Numbered from the whole stretch's first letter, positions 12,666-25,369 are shown. The stretch is DNA of 63,171 bases, filler included, from Octopus bimaculoides (GCF_001194135.2; 5 parts of 4 records of this genome joined end to end with filler, not necessarily neighbours in it), one strand, 5' to 3'. Numbers and translations are program-made. Notes: generated by a model not told the origin, from the letters alone.

Positions 12666-14117
12666 CGGTTTCGTTAATGGCATTAATCAGTGAATATGTA
12701 ATATTACCGGAATTTTTATAAACTGAAAAGAATAAGTCTCACCAGATTTGCAATGCAGTTTATATTTTTGTTTTAATTTATATGAAACATAAAAATCTAG
12801 ATATGATCTCATCTTTAGAATTCATCGTATAGTTATAGGAAATTACCATTCACCTGAATTATGTTCGACGATCTATTCTAACTTTCATTTTCTCTTCTCT
12901 TTTCCTCCATGTCAGGTATCTTCGCCTACAATGTGGTAATTTTTATTATTTTACATTTATAAAACATTAGGATTTCCCCCTTTCTGTACGTTATCCGTTC
13001 TGTTACTTTTGAAGAAGCATAGACATATCGATTCAACGAAAGAAACATTGCAAGCTTTCATATAATAAACATGGCAAAATTTTGAGAACTGCATATTCCT
13101 GTGCGACTACATCTGTGATTACGCTGCTCTTATCAACATGTAAAATTCGATATTATTTCACATAATATCACACTTTCGTAAAGATGGTAAACTAAGAGAA
13201 TCGTACACACACAAACACACATACACACCCACACCACAGAACACACATGTACACACACGCATGTTTGTATATATATTTATATGTTTATATGCATACATAA
13301 ATATGTATANNNNNNNNNNNNNNNNNNNNNNNNNNNNNNNNNNNNNNNNNNNNNNNNNNNNNNNNNNNNNNNNNNNNNNNNNNNNNNNNNNNNNNNNNNN
13401 NNNNNNNNNNNNNNNNNNNNNNNNNNNNNNNNNNNNNNNNNNNNNNNNNNNNNNNNNNNNNNNNNNNNNNNNNNNNNNNNNNNNNNNNNNNNNNNNNNNN
13501 NNNNNNNNNNNNNNNNNNNNNNNNNNNNNNNNNNNNNNNNNNNNNNNNNNNNNNNNNNNNNNNNNNNNNNNNNNNNNNNNNNNNNNNNNNNNNNNNNNNN
13601 NNNNNNNNNNNNNNNNNNNNNNNNNNNNNNNNNNNNNNNNNNNNNNNNNNNNNNNNNNNNNNNNNNNNNNNNNNNNNNNNNNNNNNNNNNNNNNNNNNNN
13701 NNNNNNNNNNNNNNNNNNNNNNNNNNNNNNNNNNNNNNNNNNNNNNNNNNNNNNNNNNNNNNNNNNNNNNNNNNNNNNNNNNNNNNNNNNNNNNNNNNNN
13801 NNNNNNNNNNNNNNNNNNNNNNNNNNNNNNNNNNNNNNNNNNNNNNNNNNNNNNNNNNNNNNNNNNNNNNNNNNNNNNNNNNNNNNNNNNNNNNNNNNNN
13901 NNNNNNNNNNNNNNNNNNNNNNNNNNNNNNNNNNNNNNNNNNNNNNNNNNNNNNNNNNNNNNNNNNNNNNNNNNNNNNNNNNNNNNNNNNNNNNNNNNNN
14001 NNNNNNNNNNNNNNNNNNNNNNNNNNNNNNNNNNNNNNNNNNNNNNNNNNNNNNNNNNNNNNNNNNNNNNNNNNNNNNNNNNNNNNNNNNNNNNNNNNNN
14101 NNNNNNNNNNNNNNNNC

Positions 14118-14433
14118 GATGGCCCAGGTCGGCCGGGACGAGAATCTGTGGGTTCTTTCCCTTGGCTTTTGAATTGCACTAAAATTCTATTAACAGTAGG
14201 AAGAGGAATTTGAGGATTTTCGACAATTTGTCGCTGGTTGAGGCCAGCCTCAGATTGCTCAACAATACTATCTCTTTGAAAATCAGACAGTTCTGCTGAC
14301 GTTTAATAAAATGGCACCTGAAATGAAAAAAGAATAATTACATTGTAAATTCTACACCGCTGAAAACATATTAAGGCACTTAGGTCAGAAATAAAAAAAT
14401 TAAAGGTGTCTATTTACTTCCTGCATGCTTGTA
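14118..14433 (-). mobile_element. Tc1-like transposon left end (TIR plus transposase N-terminal HTH), running into a gap
   Basis: Minus strand [59 protein letters not shown] (paired-like HTH followed by GRP); TA then TIR-like CAAGCATGCAGGAAGTAAATAGACACC ending at 14431. Confidence 0.8.
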
Positions 14434-16546
14434 TATCTCGTATATATACGTATATATATATATATATATGTGTGTATGTATGTATATATATCTATCCATT
14501 TCTCTTTATATGTACACACACACACACACATATGCAAACTCACGTACATGCATATGTGCGTGTGTATGTGTGATGATGCCCATAATAGGCACACTCACAT
14601 ACTCTTTTACACACACACACATGCACACAATCACCCATGTGGAAAACGATGTCCGTAACTCGTAAGTGTTTCTTAATTGACATCAGGCACCATTGTACCA
14701 TAAGTTTTCTTGCCTATGTAGTCGCAAGCAGGCATTGTCAACTCTTTATCCACCATATAGAAAAGGATCTCAGACAAGGTGGAGAGATGAACGTTTTACA
14801 TCAAATATATCTATGAGTAAACTATCATTGTAATCATTTAAAAATAATGCTGAATAAGACAGAAAAAGGTCTGCCATCTTCATCACAGCTGACCCAGATC
14901 ATACTCAAGCATACCGGCATTTAACATTACGTCCATAGAAATGTTGGGGTTTCTCTCCTTTCTGTTGACTCTGATTAGTATTAATGAAATGTAATGACAT
15001 GTTTTCATTAACATTTGATTATGATGAGAAATCCAATTAATACATCATTTTCAGCAGTCCATCATATATATGTTAAAACAAAAATGAAATGAAGAGAAGT
15101 GAGACATAATGAAACAGGAAAATGGAGAATATAGAGTAGATAATGGCTCTGAGTAAGAGCTCCAACAAATATTTCCTATTAGAAGTGAATGAAGTAAATA
15201 GGTAATATTAGCATAATTGTTACAAATACCACATGACAAACATCATCCCCAGACTATTGTTACTTAACTGTGGGGATAAATCTGGTCGAAAATTACGTAA
15301 TGCATTGTAATTTCATTTTACATTTACATTCGGTTATAAGAAACAGCGAATTGTTTGGTATATTTATCGTGAAAAATACAACAGTTTCATTTATAAAACA
15401 ACCATCAACAGAGAATCAGAAGACAAAAATTCCTGGAAGGATGCGTGAAATGTCTTAACAAGCAAGGAAGATATCAAGACTAGGATGAGTGATGGAACAT
15501 TCTTTTCTGAGGAAGGTACGTAACACAGAATCATGTCCATTCCTTTTATCTATTGTCAAAATATTTTTCACCATTTGTTCTTATTTACATAATTCCCTTT
15601 GCTTCTTCATTTGAAATGTGAAAAGGCATTTAGCTTTTCGTTCAACCTGGTTAACCTTAGTTCATCGACGGTTATCAGTGGATATTATATGTTAAAATCT
15701 CATGTTATTTCGTTCGTCATTACGTTCAAATGTTGTCGGCGTCGATTTTGTCTTTCATCCTTTCAAGATTTCAGTGTCGATAAAATATGTACCAGGTGAA
15801 CACTGGGGTCCATGTAATCGACTTACATCCGAAATTACTGGCCTTTTGCCAAAATTTGAAATCATGAGAAACTCTCGGCCATATTTGTAATAAATAATCA
15901 CAATGCTCCTCTGAGTTACTTTACCTCAACCATTTTGTTAATATTCATACTAAGTATTATAATATTTCCTCTATTTCTATCTTTCTGTCAGTGATTATTC
16001 TCAGTATTGCTCAGGAGAACTAATAAAACTTCGCACCGCTTTTAGCGGCTGGCTCAGTTCCACTCCTAACTCTCTTCTCTATATTGTCTCAGAACTACTT
16101 TTAGCTGATATCTGCTTCCCGTTTTGTATTAATTTTTAAGCCATGTGGTGGAATATGTTTTTATTAATCATCAAAAATCTTTCATTTGTTTGGAGTTTTT
16201 AAACCTAGTATGCTTAATAAGCTCAGCACTCCCTTGAGATTTATTTCTTCAGCCATGTTAAACGTAATATGAATTCTGCGTACGACGAGTCTTCAAGTTG
16301 AATTAATTATAATATATATGATTAAAGAGGAGGAAAAGGACGAGAAAACGAATCATAAAAATAGAGAAATACACTGAACAATAACGTAATACGCAATCAG
16401 TAAGAAGAAATAATAATGAATCAAGCTGGCAGTCGTAGGTTTGTTTCTATGCTCTGCATTAAACTCCTTTCTTTTGTGTTTGAGGGAGGTGGTCAATAAA
16501 TTATGATCCAGAGTATAATAAAGCAAATAGTGGAAGACGCACTTAC

Positions 16547-16639
16547 TGAATACCCCCTCTACTACACATAAAGTAGTGGTATCTTCTGAATGGTTGTATC
16601 TTATCAAAGGAAATCAATATAGTGAAAGGCAAGAGATAT
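16547..16639 (-). CDS. Candidate 93-nt symmetric exon of an unidentified gene
   Basis: Acceptor gtattgtgtcttctctgtaccag|, donor CA|GTAAGT, single open frame YLLPFTILISFDKIQPFRRYHYFMCSRGGI. Confidence 0.35.
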
Positions 16640-17549
16640 CTGGTACAGAGAAGACACAATACTTTTTATGGTAGTATGAGCTCTGGGCGTAAAGCGAAAA
16701 AGAAATAAACCAAATGGTCTTCAAAAAATATACAGAATGCGTTCTAATTGGACAAAACCCAAGCAATGCTACTTTTTACTTCATTTTTGAGGTGCGCTTA
16801 GATCTTTAGAATTTTTCTGTCTATAGGGGAAAGATAATCATACTGTAGTATAAAACTATACAATTCCACAAACTATACTTTTCTATTTACCAGAACACAC
16901 CCTTTGACGCAACTGCATTCAAAAGAACAAGGGAAAAAATCATAAGGTAATGAAATGTAAATCAAGACTTATATTCTGTATGTTAAGAATCAATGCATAA
17001 TAAATAAATAAATAAATAAATAAATAAATATATAACAGTGTTCTATATAGTGGTGCATGTGCGGCTAATGATTTCGTTCCATAACTAAATAGGTCTGAGT
17101 TCATTACACAGTGTCCAATACGCCGTAAATTGCCTTCTACCCTTCTACTGCCGCTTCAACAAGAACGTTAGCTTAATTTGTTTGACGTGGCGGCGAGCTG
17201 GCAGAAACGTTAGCACGCCGTGTGAAATGCTTAGCGGTATTCCGTCTGTCTTTATGCTCTGAGTTCAAATTCCACCGAGGTCGACTTTGCCTTTCATCCT
17301 TTCGGGGTCTATAAATTAAGTACCAGTTGCATATTGGGGTCGATCTGATTGGCTGGCCACTTACCCAAAATTTCGGGCTATTAAATTTATCTCACAGAAA
17401 CAGCGCGAAAATCAACCGTGTTTGCATGTATGTAGGTAGGTAGTAGATACGTACGGGGTGCAGTGAATAAAATGAAAATAACACTGACATCTCATTTTAA
17501 AAGATATATTTAGCAAAATTACATTAAAATATTTTCAAATACTAAGGAG

Positions 17550-19083
17550 TACAGTAGAACCTCGCAGTAAAGTTCTTCATAGTACGAGTAATTTGCTGTA
17601 CGAGCCGAGGCTCGAGCGAATTTTTGTTATGAGTTTCATACCAACGACCCCTATTTGTCGCTGAGCCCGCACACGCTCTCCCTAACAAGCGTAGGATTCG
17701 CTTGCTCATTTAACGTGTTTATTTCGTTGTGGCAGCATCCCTATTGTGTTTTTCCAAGTGTTTTTTAAAGTTTTGTGCGTTTTTGCTATTATTTTATAGT
17801 AATTAGTTGTGTTAGTCATGGGTCCTAAGAAGTTTAGTGCAAAGGACAGTATCGAGAAGAAGAAGCTGATTACGATAGAACTGGTGTTCATAGTGTCGTC
17901 AGATTTGGAGAAGCAGAGTGTTCTGACACGAAGGGAGCTGAGGATTTCGTTTGTGAATTCCGTCAGCTCATCGCAGCCGAAGGGCACATTGCAGAACAGG
18001 TATTCAACCGTGATGAAACTGGCCTTTATTTGAACAAAAAACTCGAAAGAACCTACATAACTACAGAGAAGAAGAAAATGCCAGGCCACAAGCCTATGAA
18101 AGATAGGCTAACTCACCCTTTGTACCAATGCGAGTGGAGACTTGAAGATTAAGCCGCACCTTGTCTACAATTCCGAAAATCCACGAGCGTTCAAGCCGCA
18201 CAAAATCCTGAAAGAGAAGCTACAGGTTATATGGAGGGCAAACGTTATAGCCTGGGACACCAGGCAATTCTTCACCGAGTGAGTTGACCTTGTCTTCTGA
18301 CCAGCAGTGATCTTCCCCGTGAATTTTGGAAGGAGCACTACAACATCTTTTATTGCATGTAAATCATCGATATGGCCTGGCAGGGTGTACTGAGAACTCT
18401 GAATTCTGTATGGATTAAACTATGGCCTAACTGCGTATCCGAAAGCGATTTCGAGGGGCTTGAATCTGCGTCAGATGTAGTCGAAAAGATAGTGTCTCTT
18501 GGCAAGTCCATGGGACTTGAGGTTGATGATGGGGACATTGTCGATCGCGTCGAGGAACACTCAGGGGTGCTGACGACATATGAACTCCTGCAGCCTCAAG
18601 GGCAGCATTATTTGGATGCGATGGAAGAGATTGAATCCCTAGTGGTTGACCGTGTAGCGGAGAAGGTTATCTCTACACAAAGGCTCTGTTGGCAAAATGG
18701 CAGTATGCTTCTGAATTTGTAGAAAACAAATCATCCTGAAAGAGTATCTACAGGTCGTGCAGGTGTTTTATTTAATAACATTGTTCTGGCACATTTTCGT
18801 AACATTTCGAAAGACAAGAAAAAGCAGATTTTTCTTGACGTTTTTAATAAAACAATCTGCAAGTTCGAAAACTGAAAAGAATGTATAAAAACCCTAAATT
18901 AAGCGGAAAGAGAAAACGCCAAAAGTCGTTCTTCCCGAAGTCTTCCTGAAAGGAGATTCTCCAGCAATATTCGTCAACGCTCCATCGTCTTCCTCGCGCA
19001 CAAATCATCCCATGTTAAAGGTAATTCAATTAATAAAATCAGCTTACATATTTCTTTTGCATTCTTTTTTATTATGCTTTTAT
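17550..19083 (+). mobile_element. Tigger/pogo-like DNA transposon, internally deleted pseudogene
   Basis: TA + CAGTAGAACCTCG terminus; fragments MGPKK..., EQVFNRDETGL, MPGHKPMKDRLT, NASGDLKIKPHLVYNSENPRAFK, AWQGVLRTLNSVWIKLWP...VEKIVSLGKSMGLEVDDGDI, with frameshifts and stops. Confidence 0.88.
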
Positions 19084-19183
19084 NNNNNNNNNNNNNNNNN
19101 NNNNNNNNNNNNNNNNNNNNNNNNNNNTTAATTAATTAANNNNNNNNNNNNNNNNNNNNNNNNNNNNNNNNNNNNNNNNNNNN
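19084..19183. other. Synthetic scaffold spacer (44 N + TTAATTAATTAA + 44 N)
   Basis: Exact 100-nt block with the 12-mer at 19128-19139; the same construct occurs four times in the window. Confidence 0.95.
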
Positions 19184-19249
19184 ATTCATAGTATTTTCTC
19201 ATTATGCGCCAGTTTGCCTGAGTAACATTGCAAGCAAGCAAGCAAGATA

Positions 19250-19605
19250 GGAGTGGCTGTATGGATAGGCACTTGCTTACGAACCACAAGGTTCTGGTTT
19301 CAGTCCCACTTTGTGGCACCTTGGGTAAGTGCCTTCTACTATAGCCTCGGGCCGACCAAAGCCTTGTCAGTGGATTTGGTAGACGGAAACTGAAAGAAGC
19401 TCGTCGTATATATGTATGTGTGTATATGTTTGTGTGTCTGTTTATTGGTGTGTTTGTGTCCCCGTAACTAAGCGGATCGGCAAAAGAGACAGGTAGAATA
19501 AGTACTCGGCTTACAAAGAATGAGCCCTGGGGTTGATTTGTTCAACTAAAGCCGGTGCTCCAGCATGGCTTCAGTCAAATAACTGAAACAGATAAAGGAA
19601 TAAAA
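19250..19605 (+). mobile_element. SINE family B, full-length (GGAGTGGCTGTGTGGTAAG tRNA-like head, central TA/TG microsatellite)
   Basis: Head with A/B-box-like motifs (tggctgtatgg; ggtttcagtccc), gcaccttgggcaag core, microsatellite, gtccccgtaacttagcgg 3' half, purine-rich tail. Other copies at ~6589-6728, 22155-22740, 24600-24900, 25915-26328, 38265-38430, 40380-40775, 46980-47290, 52640-53010, 58420-58770, 62925-63171. Confidence 0.85.
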
Positions 19606-20532
19606 GGGATCCTTCTGATTTGGCGGACACCATTTCTTATTTAGTGCATTTTCTACCGAAACACTTTAAAACTTCGTATACTTGTATATTTTGTCTTATA
19701 GAACAGAGAAAAAATTTTATATTCGAAGTTATTTCATGTTAAAAGTTGTCGTATTTCGGTAATTTCAATCAATCACTGACGTCTATTGAGGTGAAAATAA
19801 TTACTGCTGTGGATTGTCAACAACACATTGTGGCGGTGTAATGGGAACGATGTCATAAATAACAGTACCGCCGATAGTTGTTGTTGACAAACAACGGCAC
19901 TAATTTTATTCAAGGGAAAAGATCCCATTACACCGCCACGTGTTGTTGACAATCCACAGCAGTAATTGTTTTCACCTCAATAGACGTCAGTGATTGGTTG
20001 AAATTACCGAAATACGACAGTTTTAACACGAAATAACTTTAAAAATATAAACTTTTCTCAACAACACTAAGAGTAAAAGATGTTTTATATGACACATTCT
20101 ACCAGTGTCCAAAGAGCCTGACTTGTCACATTCTATGTCATACTAAATCTCCCTGAGAACAACGTTAAGAGTACATATGTCTGTGGAGTGCTCAGCTACT
20201 TGCACGTTAATTTCACGAGCAATTTGTTCCGTTGATTGAATCAGCTGGAACCATAACTCTAACCAACGGAATGCTGCAATACAATACAATTTTGAGCAAC
20301 AGAGATTCAGAATCCAACCGAAACCAGCTGGCGAAAGTTCTGCCTGGTGTTAAACTAGTAGTAACATGAAACAGCCACTTTGATGTGGCGATTAACTTTA
20401 CTGGTATTCTTTTATTGGATCTTTCTGTTCTCTGTTCTATAAGACAAAATATACAAGTATACGAAACTTTAAAGTGTTTCGGTAGAAAACACACTAAATA
20501 AAAAATGGTGTCCGCCAAATCAGAAAGATCCC
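19606..20532. repeat. Palindromic non-autonomous element(s) with GGGATC...GATCCC ends
   Basis: Left arm 19606-19846 is the reverse complement of 19923-20059 plus 20427-20532. Confidence 0.8.
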
Positions 20533-20852
20533 TCAATTTTGCCAGCTGAATAAACTGGAGCAACATGAAATTTATTCCATGTCTTGCTCAAGGACAGAAG
20601 GCGCGCCCAGGAATCGAACTCATGACCTCAGGATCATGAGCTGTCCTAACCACTAGGCGACACGTCTTCAAAAGGTCCAAAAGACAAAATTCGGAATTTT
20701 TCTTTAAATACAAGCTAGAAGAGACGATTGAAAAAAAATTCACGCTGAAACGAATAAATTCTGGAAGTTTTAGTAGTTTCGTTTAGCTGAAATAAGAAGA
20801 CAATATTAAACGCATTCCCGGTTTTGTATATTTATAAGGAACGATAGCAAAT

Positions 20853-20985
20853 ATGGAGGAGCACGTGGATAAGTCTCGGACCCTGTTTGTTAGGAAAATA
20901 CCTCTGACAGCAACAAATGAATCCCTTGCGAATAAATTTAGTGAGGTTGGACCAGTTAAACGGGCTTTTGTTATTAAAGAAAAAG
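20853..20985 (+). CDS. RBM28: RBM28/Nop4-like RRM protein, coding exon 1
   Basis: ATG at 20853; translates MEEHVDKSRTLFVRKIPLTATNESLANKFSEVGPVKRAFVIKEK(G), which matches the RBM28 RRM1 pattern (TLFV...FSxVGPVK..FV..EKG); donor G|GTAAG; ends in phase 1. Confidence 0.88.
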
Positions 20986-22925
20986 GTAAGTTTCTCATGA
21001 TTTCTGTTTATTATTTATAAATCGCTCCAGTTACACCGATGTTGGTTCAATTTGTAATTAATGTCAGCATGTGGTGAAGAATATTTATTAATTATGAATA
21101 TTACAGACTTAAATATATAAAATAGAATTAATAATTATATTTCTAAGAACTGAAAACGTCGGTGAGAGAAAGACCAACAACTAACTGATTTTTGTTACTT
21201 ATGATCATAACATGTAAAAGTAATTAATGAAGACAACACAAATATATACATCGGCTGTAATTAACCGTAATTAACATCAGTATTAATACCAACTAAGGCG
21301 GCCAGCTGGCAGTCTTTAGCACGCCGGATAAAATGCTTAGCGGCATTTTTGTCCGTCTTTACTGTCTGAGTTCTAATTCCGCCGTGGGGGGGGGGGGTAA
21401 TGCAGAATCGCACCTCTCCTAAAAAAATGCGATTCTGTATTAGCCCCTGGTCGACTTAGCATTTCATCATCAAAAATAGGAAAGACGTAGCGGTTGGGTC
21501 CTGGGGTCGATTTAATCGATTTACAACACGCACCTCTGAAATTGCTGGCCTTGTGCCAAAATTTGAAACCTAAATCCCATGTGATATAAATCCTTTTATT
21601 GGTGAAAGTGCTTAAATAGTGTAATAGGTGTAAAACAACATGTAGTAAAGCCAACGGGGAATCCTATAAGTGGTCATTGAACTTTCTAGAAACAACAGCT
21701 AAATCTCTCACCCATATTGAATCCTGGATAGCCTTTAAAAATAGGATTATCACGGCCTAATTGCCTTTGATGAGCGAAACAACATCTTAATGCATGAAAC
21801 AAGGAAACCTGATCACTTGAGTTGCTAGAAAGAGCAGCTAAATCTTTCGCTTAACAACCTCCAGTGTCTTAAAATTGTGAAGCAAAAAAAAAACGAGCTG
21901 GTCGTTGCTGGAATGTCTTGCATGCTTGCATGGATTAGATTGCCTGGTCATAGTGACGTGGAAAATTGGAAACGAATGACAGCATTTGCATGAGCTTTTT
22001 TGCTTACGAAGAACGTGCAAAGAAGTCAAGAAGCCCGGACATATTTTTGCAGTTGACAACAACCGAATCGACACCACCTGAGCCTTTTTGTAACCAGCGA
22101 AACACATGTGAAGACAGGGGAAATATGAATTCACTAACATACACACACACACACAGGTGCAGGAGTAGTAGTGTAGTAAGAACCTTACTTCTTGGTTCAG
22201 TCCCACTGTGTGGCACTTTGGTCAAGTACCTTCTACTGTAGCTTTGGTCGGCCGAGGAGTGGATTTGGAAGACGGAAACTGAAAGAAGCCCGTCGTATAT
22301 ATATATTGCCCTAACTCTTCGAAACGCTTAGTTTTAGNNNNNNNNNNNNNAGCTGATGAAGGAAATGTTCTCTATGTGGCCTGTGTGTTTTCTGTACTCC
22401 GTTTATCATTTTGTCCACGTTTTTTTTTGCTACGTCCTGTACCCAGATATGCATCTATATATACATGTAGATGTAGGTATGTACATACATGTACGTATAT
22501 ACACAAATACTCATATATTATTTATATATATATGTATGTATTTGTGTGTTTGTGTTTGACACACAAATACACCAACATCGCTTGACGACCTATGTTGGTG
22601 TATTTACGTCCCCGTAAGTTAGCGGTTCGGTAAAAGAAATCCGATAGAATAAGTACTAGGCTTACAAAGAATAAGTCCTGAGGTCGATTTATTTGACTAA
22701 AAAGCGGTGCTCTAATGACTGAAACAGGTAAAAGATATACCTATGTATGTGATGGGTTTCTATCTGCCAATTTCACTTGCAAAGTATTGATTGACTTGCT
22801 GTTATAGGCATTAGCTGAAAGCTTCCACACACTGGTTTGAACCCCTACTTCATGGTTGTAGAATGAATTGCTTAACCATGCACTTATGTCTGCCTCTCAT
22901 GAAATTTGTTGATTTTTATTTCTAG

Positions 22926-22974
22926 GTGAAACTAAGAAGAACCGAGGCTTTGGTTATGTCACATATTCTTTCAG
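22926..22974 (+). CDS. RBM28: RBM28-like coding exon 2 (RNP1 motif)
   Basis: Acceptor ttttatttctag|; continues phase 1 as (G)ETKKNRGFGYVTYSF, containing the RNP1 motif RGFGYVTY; donor AG|GTTTGT; ends in phase 2. Confidence 0.9.
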
Positions 22975-23049
22975 GTTTGTAATAAATATTTCATTGAATT
23001 TGTTTATCTTCTACTGTTACGTGATTTGTTATTGAATATGTATTTATTG

Positions 23050-23438
23050 GGCCTCACAGGCAGTGTGGCCGATGCCATTGTAGCATAGCTAGCACTTGTG
23101 CTGGTGGCACATAAAAAGCATCCTTTGAGCACTGGGCCTCACAGAGGCAATGTCAGTTGACCAAGATCTTTGGCAAATGCTGTGCTTGAGAAGGAAAACC
23201 CATCAAGTTAAATGAAATCTTAGTTGTGGCAGATACTGGTGTCGTGCAAATGGCACCCATGCCAGTGGCACATAAAAAGCACACATTACACTTTCGGAGT
23301 GGTTGGCATTAGGAAGGGCATCCACCTGCAGAAATTATTCTGAAGTCTGGTGCAGCCCCTCAGCTTGCCAGCTTTGGTCAAATCGTCCAACCCACGCCAG
23401 CATGAACAATGGACACCAAATGATGATGACGAAGATGA
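23050..23438 (+). mobile_element. RTE 3' end, plus orientation, intron 2
   Basis: Same 3' UTR family (ggagtggttggcattaggaagggcatcc...cgtccaacccacgccagcatg...atgatgatg). Confidence 0.75.
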
Positions 23439-23547
23439 AACAGAACAGGTAACCAGATGGTCACAGTTTCAAATCCTGTCACTACCCATTCTTTAAACGT
23501 TACTCAACTTGTTCAGTTATCCAACATCATGAAGAGAGCATTTTGCT

Positions 23548-24150
23548 TCATCATTATCGTTTAACATCCACTTTCCATGCTGGTATGGGTTGGACGGTTT
23601 GACTGAGAACTGGCAAGCCGGGAGGCTGCACCAGGCTCCAATTGGATCTGGCAAAGTTTCTACAGCTTGATGCCCTTCCTAATGTCAACCACTCTGAGTG
23701 TAGTGGGTGCTTTTTACATGCCACTGCCACGAGGGCCAGTCAAGTGGTACTGGCATTGACCACGTTCCTGTGGTGCTTTTTACGTTCCACCAGCACAAGA
23801 GCCAGTTAGGCGGCACTAGCAACAACCACGTTTGAATGGTGCTTTCTACATGCCACTGGTACGCGTGCCAATCATCGGCAATGACAGTGACTTCACTTGA
23901 CTCAACAGGTCTTTGCAAGCACAATTTATTGCCCAATGATTGAAGGGTGCCCTTAAATGGGCTGGTTATGCTGCACTTGCATAGGCCACAGTTATGGTCT
24001 CACTTGGCTTGCCAGGTCTTCTCAAGCACAGCATATCTCCAAAGGTCTCAGTCACTTGTTATCACCTCTGTGAGGCCCAACGTTTGAAGGTCGTGCTTCA
24101 CCACCTCATCCCAAGTCTTCCTGGGTCTAACTCTTCCACAGGTTCCCTCA
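23548..24150 (-). mobile_element. RTE LINE 3' end (ORF2 C-terminus, 3' UTR, (GAT)n tail) in RBM28 intron 2
   Basis: Minus strand EGTCGRVRPRKTWDEVVKHDLQTLGLTEVITSD*DLWRYAVLEKTWQAK* leads into the abundant ...gagtggttgacattaggaagggcatc...cagcatggaaagtggatgttaaacgataatgatg sequence, identifying that repeat family as an RTE 3' UTR. Confidence 0.85.
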
Positions 24151-24249
24151 TGATAACGATATGTATGTATATATTTAGTATCATCATAATGATATGTGTG
24201 TATATATAGTATGAGGACTAAATATATTTTCTTCTTCTTCTTCTTGCAG

Positions 24250-24374
24250 AGATGACGCTGTTAAAGCAATGGAAACCATCAAAGAATTTGATGGTCGTAA
24301 CATATTCATCACTTTTGCCGATCGGAGAAATATGGGGGATTCTTCATCACAGAAAAAAGCACCCCCAACCAAAC
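24250..24374 (+). CDS. RBM28: RBM28-like coding exon 3 (end of RRM1 plus linker)
   Basis: (TTC)n tract then ttgcag|; (R)DDAVKAMETIKEFDGRNIFITFADRRNMGDSSSQKKAPPTK; donor C|GTACGT; phase 2 to 1, consistent with neighbouring exons. Confidence 0.88.
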
Positions 24375-24904
24375 GTACGTCGACATGTTGACTTTCTATC
24401 TTTTATAATGTAAACGTATCCAAGATCCCTCAAGCCGAATATTTTGTTTTCTGTGTTGTGGACAGAAATAGGTCTACAGCGAGACACCTAATCCATCATC
24501 ATTGTTTAATGGTGATGATAATGATGAAATAGCTGTCTTGTTGTAGACCTATTTCCTGTCTCCTTATTCATAATTCTACATGATCCTGTTTTTAGGTGCA
24601 GGTGTGGCTGTGTGGTAAGAAGTTTGCTTCCTACCACATGGTTCTAGGTGCAGTCCCACTCCGTGGCACCTTCAGCGAGTGTCTCAGGTTGACCAAAGCT
24701 TTGTGAGTAGATTTGGTAGATAGAAACTGAAAGAAGTCCCCTCTGTGTGTGTGTGTGTCTCTGCATCTGTGTTTTGATCTGTTTGTCCCCCACCACTGCT
24801 TGACAACCAGTGCTGGTGTGTTTATGTCCCTGTAACTTAGCAGTCCAGCAAAAGAGACCAATATAAATAGCTACCAAGCTTGAAAAAAAATTAGTTCTGG
24901 GGTC

Positions 24905-25170
24905 ACCTCACAGAGGTAGTGACAGGTAACCGAGACCTTTGGCAATATGCTGTGGTTGAGAAGACCTATCAAATCATAGTCTGATTGGCTAATGCCAGTG
25001 TCAGATAACTGGCACATGAAAAGCACTCTCTGCACTCTTGGAGTGTTGGTGTTAGGAAGGGCATCCAGCCATAGAGACCACGCCAAAACAGACATGGAAC
25101 CTGGTGCAGCTTATCAGTCTTCTGTCAAACTGTCCAACCCATGCCAGCATGGAAAATGGATATTAAATTA
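24905..25170 (+). mobile_element. RTE 3' end, plus orientation, intron 3
   Basis: LTEVVTGNRDLWQYAVVEKT remnant followed by the family 3' UTR. Confidence 0.75.
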
Positions 25171-25369
25171 GGATTATCATTTCAATTCATTCAAGGAAAA
25201 TTCTTCAGAGTGTTACCCCAGCATGGCCACTGTCTAATGACCAAAACAAAAGATTAAAGAAAGATGAAAATAATCTAACTTGTCCTCAAATGGCACAAAG
25301 CCATCTTCCTCAATACTGTTCCCTGTTCGGTTGAGGAGTCTTGTATTATTGTAAGATATTTGGTAATCT

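Noticed and set aside
19128-19139. TTAATTAATTAA as a conserved palindromic regulatory motif
   Set aside because: It is always centred in an exact 44+12+44 spacer and places stops in all six frames; it is a synthetic assembly linker.
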